The position numbers were made by a program, and so were the translations under genes. A stretch of 64,000 bases of DNA from an uncultured bacterium (GTDB lineage Bacteria; Hydrothermota; UBA3073; NMUJ01; CBEVQO01), in assembly GCA_965552055.1 (NCBI GenBank), contig CBEVQO010000002.1, forward strand, positions 1 through 64,000, in the 5' to 3' direction. Under the pieces are notes generated by a model. The model saw only the letters and a list, made by a program, of their open reading frames with translations, was not told the DNA's origin and made no database searches. This document shows positions 28,801 through 38,967 of this stretch, piece after piece (the first letter of the stretch is position 1; every line of letters begins with the position of its first letter).

Positions 28801-29246
28801 CGAAGAGGGTTGATTTCGGCACCATCGGGACCATCTGTAAAATGGAGATGCCCTGATGGATCAGATGCGATCGATTTTACTACTCCTATGGGTATACCTA
28901 AATTATTCCAATAAGTCCCTTGAGGCAAAGTATCAATTAAAACATCAATATGAATATATTTATGGTAATAATTAGAATCTGTATCGTAAATATAAATACC
29001 CTCGTTATCCGTACCATCTCCAAAATACCAGATATACCCCGGTTCTACAGCATATACTTGAGTACCGGCGTCTGCATCGGAAATGTCAATCCCGTTATGG
29101 AAATGATCCCGATTTCCGCGACATTCATTTAGTACACCTGACACGCTATGCTGTGTATCAAAATCTGCAATCGGCCAACCGTAACCCATTAAATTACTTA
29201 TCAAAAACACTCCTGTAACGCCGAGAATTAAATTAATTCGAATCAT
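25857..29246 (-). CDS. Large secreted protein: M23 peptidase + Ig-like + FN3 + further domains + T9SS-type C-terminal domain
   Basis: Signal peptide, YGWP, HNGID/HLH, FN3 (LEWTNP...YYFRVFTYD), C-terminal PNPF...IYDVTGR...LKPGIYFV...KVVKIK. Confidence 0.85.
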   Translation of the reverse strand: MIRINLILGVTGVFLISNLMGYGWPIADFDTQHSVSGVLNECRGNRDHFHNGIDISDADAGTQVYAVEPGYIWYFGDGTDNEGIYIYDTDSNYYHKYIHIDVLIDTLPQGTYWNNLGIPIGVVKSIASDPSGHLHFTDGPDGAEINPLRWVGGIEPFDDNASPYIWDDVNVYDGVTFWTDGVGVDTTQRLSGDSLYGKVDIVVRMKDAITNGSNNVGIYNVELTLWDPNWTPRWIKDDWYFDYWLRDANIYYVYAPGSNDSFYYYIVTNDTNKNNYLDIDSIVGSGKSLKWSEGWELEITAYDIEFNSYTVYVPVAPLSGTENIYPLETSFEEISTSKSANTYLIVRWIDDIPSHPDIFDTTIRIYFTTKGIGYIHWAELNYGIVSIEQIDSGKRRVTAHCFLKNPKVPDTINSDKCRICITIFAAGGGPPIVYYKGRMLSEMFTLNTIIDETPPAEVSGLKIIEKTTNYVKLEWTNPADPDFQGVRVQYKTTGYPSGPFDGTNAYNGNAGGAGNTFQLTISGLNTDQYIYYFRVFTYDEVPNYSKGRCISTSENGCPYLWVYTQGDTFVEDNNILVPIFNKENTDFYLMRIIPFSIDSHYLMQIREDTFYHSHFNFVSLLCVDHSENQEIGVTPKGTIFGYSKLIPPVICTDPRGNADYTELVKEKDTLYLYGYPEDTIWVGFPAESLSTKIAIRLDNAIFPGPVLPIWGPIREKRLYSLPEDLLVPSEEEVACELLQYGTPVRYEAAEEPVIYQRENPSAHFILLKRKSPPGEGILWIRLVYNEPFRINRVAVANVIDDFEVKEAELIEAKHLISQDVTEALYTDTQYVEILPGERLTLKFTIPEQTQPKRTFIFVSQGYYYPEKSPLDRIKYVAELTDSAIKLIEDKYVDKKLRQAYKKLEKAREDFTDDWHAKGRTFMRINNAVHKFKQATRIAKIKNVEGWEIIADSLKSWSFILARGCELLTLIRLKEAKRMGTVTDSLISLAINFIRKGREFYSKPAPDMQVLGLEWYRYNEAITSFHLAYSLLKVHQYAGGCQTSKEPKAISVKLTPNPFMQRVKLILYADSDGKINFKIYDVTGRVIKNIEYDYGTGRNVKILDLSDLKPGIYFVKKGTETKAIKVVKIK

Positions 29247-30442
29247 TGTGCCTCCTTTCTCAAAATCTCAAATTTGTTATTTTTATAAATTAAGAAATCA
29301 ATGCAGGCCTCTCTTTTTATGATTTTTTTAATAGCCCACACAGAGGTTTTCTCTCCTACATAAAATCTCTCAATGAGCCTACCTCTTTGATTGTAATGCA
29401 GGCATATTGCTCCTTTGCCCGGCTCTCGTGAGATTAATAATACTTCATTATCAGGGGTTATCTGTGCTTTAAAAACAGGTTGAGGTAACTCTTTATCCCA
29501 AAGAATTTTAGCTCCGTTTTCATTAATCTCAAGGAAAATAACTCTTTTCATATTCCCCACAACTGCACAATGTTCATTTTGAGCAAATGTACAAAACGTT
29601 CGCACAAGTCCATCACTTATATTAGACGTCTCCCATATCTTTTCGCCAGACTTCCCATATAGTATAGCTTTCACTTTGGATGGCTTTTCTCCGAGGGGAC
29701 TTGAACCCAGCGCTAGAATATAATTCCCTTTATCAGAAATTGCCACGCTGATAATCATGGGAAATTTTTTTGGAAAGGGAGAGCGCCATAATTCATTCCC
29801 GTTACCATCAAATAATATTACGTAACTATTGCTAGAGCGCAATGCTTCCATTTCCCAATAGTGCACAAGATAATCTTTTGCTGCAAAGACTACAAAATAT
29901 TTACCATTTTGAGCCCAATCGTATTTCAAATTTGATACATCTTGCCATTGGTCGTCTGAGAATAAATCTACCTTTCGTAGCAAATCGCCTTGTTTATTGT
30001 AAAACTCTATACGGTTAGATTGGCAATCAATTAATACGAAATTACCCGACTCTGAAATACTCATTATTCGGTCTTCTTCATAACTTAATAAACACGGCAC
30101 TTCACAATACTTCTTGCCATTCGCATCATATAATATATAAGAAACTTCGGTATTACGTTCTTCTTGCTCAGGAAAAGCAATCACTTTTCTACCACCTATA
30201 TATTTTCCCTTTTTTGAGATTCTCACACGTCCCGCAAGTCCCATGTCCAAGACAAACTTTTTATTACCCTTCTTTTCATAAACTTCTGCACGCGCATCTG
30301 ATATTATTACTATCTTCGGATACACTTCGCCTTTTTCCGTTTCACCCCACATCACATCTTTAATCGGCTTATCAAATTTCCATTCCTTTACGAGTTTTAA
30401 CTTCACCTCTGTCTCTATTACCAGAAATAACAATACCCACAT
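29243..30442 (-). CDS. Secreted beta-propeller-like protein (partner of M23 gene)
   Basis: 399 aa, GNELW/GEKIW and ISDKGNY blade motifs; ATGA overlap with the downstream M23 gene. Confidence 0.7.
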   Translation of the reverse strand: MWVLLFLVIETEVKLKLVKEWKFDKPIKDVMWGETEKGEVYPKIVIISDARAEVYEKKGNKKFVLDMGLAGRVRISKKGKYIGGRKVIAFPEQEERNTEVSYILYDANGKKYCEVPCLLSYEEDRIMSISESGNFVLIDCQSNRIEFYNKQGDLLRKVDLFSDDQWQDVSNLKYDWAQNGKYFVVFAAKDYLVHYWEMEALRSSNSYVILFDGNGNELWRSPFPKKFPMIISVAISDKGNYILALGSSPLGEKPSKVKAILYGKSGEKIWETSNISDGLVRTFCTFAQNEHCAVVGNMKRVIFLEINENGAKILWDKELPQPVFKAQITPDNEVLLISREPGKGAICLHYNQRGRLIERFYVGEKTSVWAIKKIIKREACIDFLIYKNNKFEILRKEAQ

Positions 30443-30565
30443 AACCCCTCCTTTTTAAATATTACCCTATCAAATCCCACAATATCCATCACACTCATTA
30501 TAATCGAAAAAAAAAAGATGTCAAGAACAAATTTAAGTTTCCTATTTTTAGAAACGAACTTGAAA
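30353..30565 (-). repeat. Cassette promoter/RBS/5'-coding repeat, copy 3 (promoter TTGACA-N16(T10)-TATAAT at 30497-30524)
   Basis: Matches 1542-1754 and 2627-2747. Confidence 0.93.
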
Positions 30566-30593
30566 AACCTATTAAAATTTTTGTTAAAATTTT

Positions 30594-30760
30594 TAATGCG
30601 AGGCGTAGCCGAGCACATTACATATGGGTTGATATGTCAGCCCATTACGGGTTTTTGGGTTGTGGCAGGGGTTGTGGCTTTATCTGCTTTCTGCGTATTT
30701 TTAGCGATAAAAAGTGGGCTGACTTAATCGGGAAGGTGGGGACAGCGGAGGAGGGGCTAA
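30594..30760 (+). repeat. Dispersed structured element, subfamily A, copy 2
   Basis: Near-identical to 2777-2940. Confidence 0.93.
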
Positions 30761-30765
30761 TAATT

Positions 30766-32022
30766 TTACTTATTCAAAAAATCAAAATCTTTTTCTGATA
30801 TGTCGCCTACTGCTGAAACAGAGTATTTTGAGGGCTCCAAAAATTCTTCGGCTAATCCCATTACATCGTCAATTTTCACATTTTCAACTTTTTGAATCAC
30901 TTCATCAACAGTCATTTGCTTCCCAAGATAAATCTCCTGTTTTAATAATCTTGACATTCTGCTTGATGTATCTTCAAGCACCAATACCATTCCACCTTTT
31001 AAATGTTCCTTTGCATTGTTTAACTCGTTCTTTTTTATCCCCTTTTTCACAAATTTTTCCATCTCTTCGAAAATCGCTTTAAATGCCTTTTTTATCAAAT
31101 TTTTCGAAGTGACAAAATAAATCCCGAATACTCCTGTATCTTTGAAGAAATCAGGGAAAGATGCCACGAGATACACAAGCCCTTCTTTTTCTCTTAAACG
31201 CTGAAAGAGACGCGAACCCATACCGCCTCCAAATAGAGTGCCGAGCACCATTAGTGGATATTTCCTTTCATCAACATAGGGAAATGTGCGCGTCGCCATA
31301 GCGATATAAACCTGCTTTAAACCTTTCATTCGCTTTACCCTTAATTTTTCAGTCTCAACAGGTAAAGGTAGCTCTTCCCTCTCTTTTTTCTTCGGTTTAA
31401 GATTTATTTTGCTCGCTATATCCAGAAGTGCATCATAATTTATCCTGCCAGCTGCAGATATTATTAGATTATCAAGAGTATAATTTTCTTCATAAAATTT
31501 TACTAAATCTTCCCTCTTAAACTTCTGTACATTCTCTTTTGTGCCCAATACTGGATTGGAAAGTGGATGCCCATTAAAAAGTGCCTTTGCTAACTCGAAG
31601 AAAACGAGGTCATCGGGAGTATCTTCTGCATTTTTTATCTCCTGTAAAACTACATTTTTCTCCACTTTAAAAGCACTTTGCGGAAAAGATGGATTCTGCA
31701 AAATATCTACCAATAGCTCAAATGCTTTTGTTTGATTTTGGTGCACCACTTTTGTATAAAAATAAGTATATTCTTTAGTTGTCGATGCATTAAGCATACC
31801 TCCGAGTGCATCTATTTCAAGTGCTATTTGCCTAGCTGTCCTATTTTTCGTTCCTTTAAACATCATATGTTCTATAAAATGTGATAAGCCATTTTCTGAA
31901 TCCGTTTCATATCTTGAGCCAATTAATGCACAGATACCTATTGCTACAGAGTGAAACTCTTTTAATTCTTCTGCAATAAATCTAACTCCATTTGGGAGAG
32001 TAACTTTTTTGTATTCTGCCAT
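30766..32022 (-). CDS. M16 (pitrilysin family) zinc peptidase
   Basis: GSRYE, SHFIEHMMFKGT, LNAST..EYT, GGGMGSRLFQ.LRE; downstream of pnp. Confidence 0.93.
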   Translation of the reverse strand: MAEYKKVTLPNGVRFIAEELKEFHSVAIGICALIGSRYETDSENGLSHFIEHMMFKGTKNRTARQIALEIDALGGMLNASTTKEYTYFYTKVVHQNQTKAFELLVDILQNPSFPQSAFKVEKNVVLQEIKNAEDTPDDLVFFELAKALFNGHPLSNPVLGTKENVQKFKREDLVKFYEENYTLDNLIISAAGRINYDALLDIASKINLKPKKKEREELPLPVETEKLRVKRMKGLKQVYIAMATRTFPYVDERKYPLMVLGTLFGGGMGSRLFQRLREKEGLVYLVASFPDFFKDTGVFGIYFVTSKNLIKKAFKAIFEEMEKFVKKGIKKNELNNAKEHLKGGMVLVLEDTSSRMSRLLKQEIYLGKQMTVDEVIQKVENVKIDDVMGLAEEFLEPSKYSVSAVGDISEKDFDFLNK

Positions 32023-34055
32023 CAGTGTAAGAGAGCTTTTCTCGACAGAATGGGACGACCAAGTGGGTCAACATCTATAACCTTACACGCTACCTCATCA
32101 CCTACTTTTAAAACATCTTCTACCCTTCTTACTCTTCTCTTATCAAGCTGGGAGATATGTATCATTCCTTCTTTTCCCGGTGCTATCTCTACTATCGCTC
32201 CGTAAGGCAAAATACGCGTCACCCTACCTATGTAAATTTTGCCAATTTCTACATCTTCAACTATATTTCTTACAATTTCGGCAGCTCTTTGAGCAGATGA
32301 TTCTGTCTGCGCCTTTATATACACTTTTGACTCATTAAAGTCAACAAATACATCTGCACCTGTTCTCTCTTTTATCTCTCTAACGACTTTTCCACCGGGT
32401 CCCACCACCATTGCTGCCCTTTCTGGTGGTACGGGCACCACAACGAGCTTTGGTGCATACTGCGATATGGAGCGAGGTTTTTTAATCGTGCCAAACAAAT
32501 AATCAAGCGTCTTCATACGAGCTTCGCGTGATTGCTCTATTGCTTTTGCAAGTAAGTCAAGTGATAAACCTTTTTTCTTTATATCGAGTTGAATTGCTGT
32601 GATGCCATCTTTTGTCCCTGCTATCTTGAAATCCATATCACCATAATGGTCTTCCTCACCAATAATATCTGTAAGCACGATTTCATCAACAAGTCCCATT
32701 GCAACACCTGCCACATGGGTTTTTATGGGCACGCCTGCATCCATCAAAGACATAGATGCACTGCAAACAGTAGCCATAGAAGATGAGCCATTTGAAGATA
32801 AAATATCGGAAACAACTCTTATGGTGTATGGGAAGTCATCGGGAGATGGGATAACCGCTTCAAGTGCCCTTTCTGCAAGAAAACCATGCCCTATTTCCCG
32901 ACGCGAAGGCGCTCTTAAAGGTTTTGTATCTCCTGTTGAAAAAGGCAAAAAGTTATAATGCAACATAAAACTTTTCCATGTTTCTTCTTCAAATAATTCA
33001 TCCAGTTTTTGTTCGTCTTCTTTTGTTCCGAGTGTTGTTGTGCACAAACTTTGTGTCTCACCCCTTGTAAACAATGCAGAGCCATGAGCACGGGGCAAAA
33101 GTCCAACTTCACATGTTATTGGACGCATATCCGCAGGTCCTCTGCCATCAAGACGCACACCACTTTTCAATATCATATCCCTCACAATTTCTTTCTTCAT
33201 CTCTTCAAATACCATATCTATTTCGATTTCGCTGTATTGCTCTTTAAATTTCTCTTTTGCCTCCTGTTCTATCTCCTGCACTTTTAACTTCCTTTCTTTC
33301 CTATCTTTAATTTCTGCAAGTTCTTTTAACTTATCAAAATAATCTTTTCTTAAAAGTTCTTTTAATTCATCCGAGGGCTTTAAAGGTTCGTAATTACTTT
33401 CTTTTTTGAATTTCTCCTGCCACTCACAAATTCTTTTTATCTCCTTTTCTGCGATTTCAAGAGCTTTTATAATATCCTTTTCGGGAACCTCTTTTGCAGA
33501 TGCTTCTATCATTGTTATTCCTTTTACGGTACCCGCAACAACCATATTTAACTTGCTTTCTTCAAGTTCAGAATATGTTGGATTTATAACAAATTCTCCA
33601 CCTATTAAGCCTATTCTTACAGCTCCAACAGGTCCTTCAAAAGGAATACCGCCCGATAAAAGCGAAATTGACGCACCATTTATCGCAAGCACATCCGCAT
33701 CATTTTCCTGATCAAAAGATAAAACATTACCAACAATATGGATACTGTCCCTGAAATCCGGGGGAAATAAAGGACGGATTGGGCGGTCGATCAACCTTGC
33801 ACTTAAAACCTCTTTATCTGTGGGCTTGCCTTCTCTTTTGAAAAATCCGCCTGGAATTTTACCAGCAGCATCCCTTTTCTCCCTGTAATCACAAATCAAA
33901 GGAACGATGTGGGATTCTTCTCTTTGACCTCTACATGCCGTAACAAGCACAATCGTATCACCATAACGCAAAAGACAGGAACCATCAGCATTACCAGCAA
34001 CTTTGTTTATCTCTATCTGTAATTCCCTACCCCCTATCTCAATCTTATCAAGCAT
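32022..34055 (-). CDS. pnp: Polyribonucleotide nucleotidyltransferase
   Basis: IPGGFFKREG, RLIDRPIRPLF, HGSALFTRGETQ, SNGSSSMA, GDMDFK, KH and S1 domains. Confidence 0.97.
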   Translation of the reverse strand: MLDKIEIGGRELQIEINKVAGNADGSCLLRYGDTIVLVTACRGQREESHIVPLICDYREKRDAAGKIPGGFFKREGKPTDKEVLSARLIDRPIRPLFPPDFRDSIHIVGNVLSFDQENDADVLAINGASISLLSGGIPFEGPVGAVRIGLIGGEFVINPTYSELEESKLNMVVAGTVKGITMIEASAKEVPEKDIIKALEIAEKEIKRICEWQEKFKKESNYEPLKPSDELKELLRKDYFDKLKELAEIKDRKERKLKVQEIEQEAKEKFKEQYSEIEIDMVFEEMKKEIVRDMILKSGVRLDGRGPADMRPITCEVGLLPRAHGSALFTRGETQSLCTTTLGTKEDEQKLDELFEEETWKSFMLHYNFLPFSTGDTKPLRAPSRREIGHGFLAERALEAVIPSPDDFPYTIRVVSDILSSNGSSSMATVCSASMSLMDAGVPIKTHVAGVAMGLVDEIVLTDIIGEEDHYGDMDFKIAGTKDGITAIQLDIKKKGLSLDLLAKAIEQSREARMKTLDYLFGTIKKPRSISQYAPKLVVVPVPPERAAMVVGPGGKVVREIKERTGADVFVDFNESKVYIKAQTESSAQRAAEIVRNIVEDVEIGKIYIGRVTRILPYGAIVEIAPGKEGMIHISQLDKRRVRRVEDVLKVGDEVACKVIDVDPLGRPILSRKALLH

Positions 34056-34060
34056 CTATT

Positions 34061-34087
34061 ATTTTATTAATTTTTCAGGAATGTCAA
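34061..34087 (-). promoter_or_regulatory. Promoter TTGACA-N15-TAAAAT (pnp, probably leaderless)
   Basis: ATG 5 nt after the -10; no SD. Confidence 0.75.
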
Positions 34088-34105
34088 CAATTTTTATTAA
34101 AATTA

Positions 34106-34270
34106 TTAGCCCCGCCTCCGCTGTCCCCACCTTCCCGATTAAGTCAGCCCACTCCTTCAGCTAAAATACGCAGACAGCAGATAAAGCCACAACCCCTGCT
34201 ATAACCACATCCCCGTAATGGGCTGACATATCAACCCATTATGTAATGGGCTCGGCTACGCCTCGCATTA
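34106..34270 (-). repeat. Dispersed structured element, subfamily A, copy 3
   Basis: Reverse complement of 2777-2940 with few differences. Confidence 0.93.
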
Positions 34271-34325
34271 AAAATTGACAATCCTATTTTTTAATTATCA
34301 TTATAGATGTGAAAGGGAGGTTAAA

Positions 34326-34667
34326 ATGAAGGTGAAACATTTTGAAGAAGTAAAGGCTCTGGATGTTGTGCAGGAAGGAGCCAGAGATGTAAAAGTGAGA
34401 TGGCTCATCACCAAAGAAGATGGTGCAAGGAACTTCGCAATGAGATTATTTGAAGTGAAACTAGGAGGCTACACACCCTGTCACAAGCACGACTACGAAC
34501 ATGAAGTTTTCATACTGGAAGGTGAAGGAAAACTGCTCCTTGAAGGTAAAGAGTATGATTTGAAACCGGGAGTTTTTGCATTTGTACCGGAAAATAAAGA
34601 ACACCAGTTTAAGAATACAGGAGAAAAGATATTAAAATTTTTATGCCTCATTCCCAACAAAGATTAA
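34326..34667 (+). CDS. Cupin domain protein
   Basis: H.H.YEHEVFILEGEG...P...HQF; GGAGG RBS; TTGACA-N15-TATCAT at 34275-34301. Confidence 0.9.
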   Translation: MKVKHFEEVKALDVVQEGARDVKVRWLITKEDGARNFAMRLFEVKLGGYTPCHKHDYEHEVFILEGEGKLLLEGKEYDLKPGVFAFVPENKEHQFKNTGEKILKFLCLIPNKD

Positions 34668-34676
34668 TGCGGATAA

Positions 34677-35048
34677 CTACAATTTAAAAGGAAATCTCAA
34701 AATCTCCTTCAAACTATATTTTTTGATATTTTCTTTTTTATCCACGATTATTATTTCCATATCAGGATTGAATTCTGCCATAACCTGCAAACAAGCGCCA
34801 CAAGGATACATCATCTTATCCGAATAAATTACAATTTTTTCAAATTCTTTTTCGCCTTCGGATACGGCTTTCAAAATTGCGACTCTTTCTGCACAAACAG
34901 TAAGGGAATAAGATACATTTTCAACATTACATCCTGTAAATATTTTGCCCGATTTCGTAAGCAGAGCTGAACCTACTTTTATCCCGGAATAGGGAGAATA
35001 TGCGTTTTTAGCCACTTCCTTTGCCTTTTCTATTAATTTGCGCACCAA
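34677..35048 (-). CDS. cdd: Cytidine deaminase
   Basis: AYSPYS, GCNVEN, CAERVA, PCGAC. Confidence 0.95.
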   Translation of the reverse strand: MVRKLIEKAKEVAKNAYSPYSGIKVGSALLTKSGKIFTGCNVENVSYSLTVCAERVAILKAVSEGEKEFEKIVIYSDKMMYPCGACLQVMAEFNPDMEIIIVDKKENIKKYSLKEILRFPFKL

Positions 35049-35051
35049 AAA

Positions 35052-35125
35052 TGCCCCTGGCGGGACTCGAACCCACGACCCCCGGTTTAGGAAACCGGTG
35101 CTCTATCCAACTGAGCTACAGGGGC
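35052..35125 (-). tRNA. tRNA-Arg(CCU)
   Basis: GCCCCTG/CAGGGGC acceptor, CCGGT-TT-CCT-AA-ACCGG, GGTTCGAGTCC. Confidence 0.95.
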
Positions 35126-35134
35126 TCATCCTTT

Positions 35135-35196
35135 ATTATAATCATTTTACAAAAATGTCAACCTTTTTCTTGACATTCAAATATCAAAATTATAAT
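35135..35196. promoter_or_regulatory. Divergent promoter pair, both TTGACA-N15-TATAAT
   Basis: Minus 35161-35135 (tRNA-Arg/cdd); plus 35170-35196 (ABC operon, ATG 6 nt downstream). Confidence 0.8.
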
Positions 35197-35202
35197 AACA
35201 CG

Positions 35203-35937
35203 ATGCTCAAAATTGAAAATTTGCATTTCACCTATAAAAAACCAGAAGTTTATGCGTTGAAAGGAGTTTCTCTCACAATTGAAAGAGGAAAAGTTTATGC
35301 ACTGCTTGGTCCAAATGGTGCTGGTAAAACAACCCTCATAAACAATGTGCTCGGATTTTTAAAACCAGACAAAGGCAAAATCTATTTTGATGGCGAAATT
35401 TTAACACCACAGAGAAAAGATTTACTGACAAAAATAGGATTTGAGCCACAGGAAACTATTCTATGGGAAGAATTAAATTGCGAGGAGCACTTATTTTTAA
35501 TTGGAACACTTTATGAAATTCCAAAAGATGAATTAAAAGAAAGAGTGCATTTTTTGTTAAACCGCCTGAATTTATATGATAAGCGTAAAACCCGTGCAAA
35601 ACATTTATCCGGGGGTTTACGGCGCAGATTACAGCTTGCTATGGCTTTTTTATCTGACCCTCCCCTTTTGCTTCTTGATGAACCCTCTCTCGGTCTCGAC
35701 CCACAATCACGCCATTTTTTATGGGACTTCATAAAAGAAAAAGTAAAAGAAGGAAAAGCAATTCTTTTAACAACTCATTTGATGGAAGAAGCGCAATCAG
35801 TCGCAGATACAGTGGGAATACTCGATTATGGTAAACTGATTGAAGAAGGAACACCCGAAGAACTCATAAAGAAATATTCTGCAAAAAACCTTGAAGATGT
35901 ATTTTTGAAGCTCACAGGAAGAGAATTAAGAGAATGA
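35203..35937 (+). CDS. ABC transporter ATP-binding protein
   Basis: GPNGAGKT, LSGG, LLLLDEP, TTH. Start at ATG 35203. Confidence 0.95.
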   Translation: MLKIENLHFTYKKPEVYALKGVSLTIERGKVYALLGPNGAGKTTLINNVLGFLKPDKGKIYFDGEILTPQRKDLLTKIGFEPQETILWEELNCEEHLFLIGTLYEIPKDELKERVHFLLNRLNLYDKRKTRAKHLSGGLRRRLQLAMAFLSDPPLLLLDEPSLGLDPQSRHFLWDFIKEKVKEGKAILLTTHLMEEAQSVADTVGILDYGKLIEEGTPEELIKKYSAKNLEDVFLKLTGRELRE

Positions 35938-37097
35938 AAACCTATGCAATTTTCATAAGCAATTTTAAAGAATGGATAAGGTCAAGAGAAGCAATGTTTT
36001 TCTCGCTTTTCTTTCCACTCATTTTTATCGTAATTTTTTCTTTCATTTTCAAAGGGGGAACTTATTCACCTGAAAGAACTTTTAAAATCGTGATAATTGA
36101 TAAGCAAAAAAGTTTTTATTCAAAAATTTTAATAGATGTGTTGAAAAACAAATTAAAATATCCGAGTGGCAAAAATATGTTTGATGTTATTTTAAAGGAT
36201 AGTATTGATGAAAAAATAATTCAGGATTTGAAATATGGCAAAATTTCGGGGATTATTGAGATACCTTCCGATTTTCCAAAATCCAATCCTATTCTTACAG
36301 GTTTACAGGGGGCGTTTGACTTTGCCATTCTTTCACAGATAATGAACGGGATTCTTGAAAAATTTGATGAATTCATGAAAAAAGGCAAAATTGAACAAAA
36401 AGAGTTTGTAAAGGTAAAATCAATCAGTCCATCAAAATTTACAACTTATGATTTTGTAATTCCGGGGATGTTCATCTTCGGCTTATTAATGCTAATTTCA
36501 AGTGTTGCATCGGGCATAACTTCGTATTACGAAAAGGGTCACATAAAGCTTTTGCGTCTCACAAAGATAACATCCTTTGATTTTCTTGCTGGACACCTAT
36601 TTTCTGCTTTATTAATTTCACTTTTACAATTTTTCATTATGTATTTTACTGCGAGATTATTTGGTTATCATCCGCAAGGCAATGTTTTTGCTGTTTTGCC
36701 TTTTATCCTGATTGGTGGGATTGGTATGGGCTCTATTGGATTATTGATTTCTTCCTTTGTAAAGACAACAAATGGTGCTGTTGCTTTATCAAATGTCATA
36801 GGGATACCTGTTTCTTTTGCATCGGGAGTATTTTACTGGATGAAATCACCCGTACTATTTAAGGATTTCTTTGGACAAAATTTTGAAATACTTGACCTTT
36901 TACCATGGCGTCATCTCTCCGTTTTACTAAAAGTATCGCTAACAATGGGCGAAAATCCCTTTTCACAGCTGCGTCTGATTACTTTCCTCACAATCGGAAG
37001 TTTAATCCTTTTCATTATCTCTATCATCATATTCAACCGCAAAAGATTACGCCATTATTTAGGTGGGAACATTCTTCTTATTAAGAATAAAGCATGA
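35934..37097 (+). CDS. ABC-2 type exporter permease
   Basis: FFPL N-terminal helix, extracellular loop, VIPG, SGVFY. Confidence 0.88.
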   Translation: MKTYAIFISNFKEWIRSREAMFFSLFFPLIFIVIFSFIFKGGTYSPERTFKIVIIDKQKSFYSKILIDVLKNKLKYPSGKNMFDVILKDSIDEKIIQDLKYGKISGIIEIPSDFPKSNPILTGLQGAFDFAILSQIMNGILEKFDEFMKKGKIEQKEFVKVKSISPSKFTTYDFVIPGMFIFGLLMLISSVASGITSYYEKGHIKLLRLTKITSFDFLAGHLFSALLISLLQFFIMYFTARLFGYHPQGNVFAVLPFILIGGIGMGSIGLLISSFVKTTNGAVALSNVIGIPVSFASGVFYWMKSPVLFKDFFGQNFEILDLLPWRHLSVLLKVSLTMGENPFSQLRLITFLTIGSLILFIISIIIFNRKRLRHYLGGNILLIKNKA

Positions 37098-37316
37098 TAC
37101 TGACCCAACAGCTTGACAAATTTCAAAAGTTTGCTATAATTGACTGAATAATTTGGTGAAAAATAGAATGGCTTGAGTTTATAGTCTTAAAATGAAATTG
37201 GGAGAAATCATTAGCAGGAAAGTTCAGATGATAATCACAAATGAGCACAATGAAGTGTAAAGTGTGTCAATTGCAACTTTTAAGTTCCAAACTACGGAAT
37301 TTAAAGACACCTTCAC

Positions 37317-37736
37317 TTAATTGTTCATAAAGAGTGGCAATTTCTTACAATTATCAGCCGCTTTCCATGTAACTAATGAAATAAATTGTTTCTCTGCTCC
37401 AAAACGAATTAAATATCATTTTCCATAAGCAATGCCTATATGAATCAAAGAGAAGTTAGCATCTGTTACATATATTAACCTTTTCTCTACAGCATACTTT
37501 TTTAATTTTTCGGCCATATAAAGTAATATCATACAATCTTTTTTTATCTGTACCCAGTTGTTTTCTATGAGTACACAAGCACCATCCCCCGTATGTCCTA
37601 AAAATTGGGCATTATTTTCAAAGTAAAGTCTAAGAAAGGTCTTTAATAGCATTATTTAACTGTTAAATATTATGAACCCTGTATAGTTTTTCTTTTCTCT
37701 GAAATACTCTGTTGATTTTGTAAAATCGACAAACAT
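37317..37736 (-). pseudogene. Class III adenylate/guanylate cyclase-like pseudogene
   Basis: MFVDFTKST...GDG...IHIGIAYG in one frame, with in-frame stops at 37656-37658 and 37416-37418. Confidence 0.65.
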
Positions 37737-37776
37737 TTTAATCTGACCTCTACATAGGGGGCAAAAGGAATTTCTT

Positions 37777-38967
37777 TCAAATACCACTTATTACTCTTTT
37801 TAGGAAATTTTCTGTGTAAGAAAACCGTAGTTTTTTCAAGAAGATTTCTAAGATTATATTCCTTAAGGTGAAAAATAGCTGTAATTCGTCACACTGGTCG
37901 CCGAGTGCCTTTCTATCTAACTCTCCCCAGTGAAGGAGAGAACCACGGATACTGTGAATTACTTGTATATTTCGCTCTTTGAAGCACCGATATTTTTTAT
38001 AGTCAATTTTATATTTTTCCATTAATAATTTTAAACAAGTCTTACAGAAATTCCCTTTATCTCCTGGCTGTTTGCCCTTGCAGTTTTCGCAAAGTCCCTT
38101 TGACAATATTTCGAGAGATAAGATGATAAAAATTAATCGATGCAAAGAGTTAATTTCACTTTGGCTTTTTAAAAAATAATGCAGCGCATGTAGAAATTGT
38201 TTACCTTCATCTGAAGGCATTTTTATGTAGGCCGGATATGCTTGGTTTAAATATTCTCTAAATAAAGTGGATTGCTATTATAGTAAGGATATTCTGGCCG
38301 ACTATAAGGAACACAATTTTTGAATATTATTTTTGATTTGATTTTTTTCGTCTAAGTATGTCTTTCGGCTCCAAACAACATTATAACCGTAATAGACTCT
38401 AATGAGGGGTAAAATGTTCTCTATAACCTTGTCAGTCTTTTTTTCAATATTTTTATTATTTGGAATATCAAAAAATTGTATGCAATTTGTTACTTGTGGG
38501 AATAAATCAGGTAAAAAGTCTCTTAATGATGGATCTATTAACTCTTTAACCGGATAAATTTGACATTTTAGCCCTTCTATTGGCAATTCAATTGAGGGTA
38601 ACCATGTGTTAATAATTAGGTCATAAATGATTTTATTAAATTTATCACCGTCTTTCCATTTCAATTCAATGAATGTAGCCGGTACACAAACAAAATTATC
38701 TCTTTTATAAATGAATCGTTCGAATTTCAAAGAACCCGAGAAAGGTCCACCTTCTTCTGTTTCTCCAGTAAATAGAACTTTTTTATTGAGCAAGTTGGCT
38801 AAATATAACATAAAATTATCCATGTCCTTTGACTCTAAGTCTTTCATTCGTATTGTAAGTTGCCCGTTAAAAAGTTGCTCTATTTCAAATTCTATGCTCC
38901 GTTGTCGATGATTAAGAGAGAGTTTTCCTTTTCCTTTCAATATTTCTGACCATAACTCCATGTTCAT
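37777..38967 (-). pseudogene. Frameshifted HEPN-domain (ApeA-like) gene
   Basis: Two consecutive ORFs (221 and 147 aa) in different frames; the C-terminal part has SLEIL and the RxxxxH motif RGSLLHWG. Confidence 0.6.
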
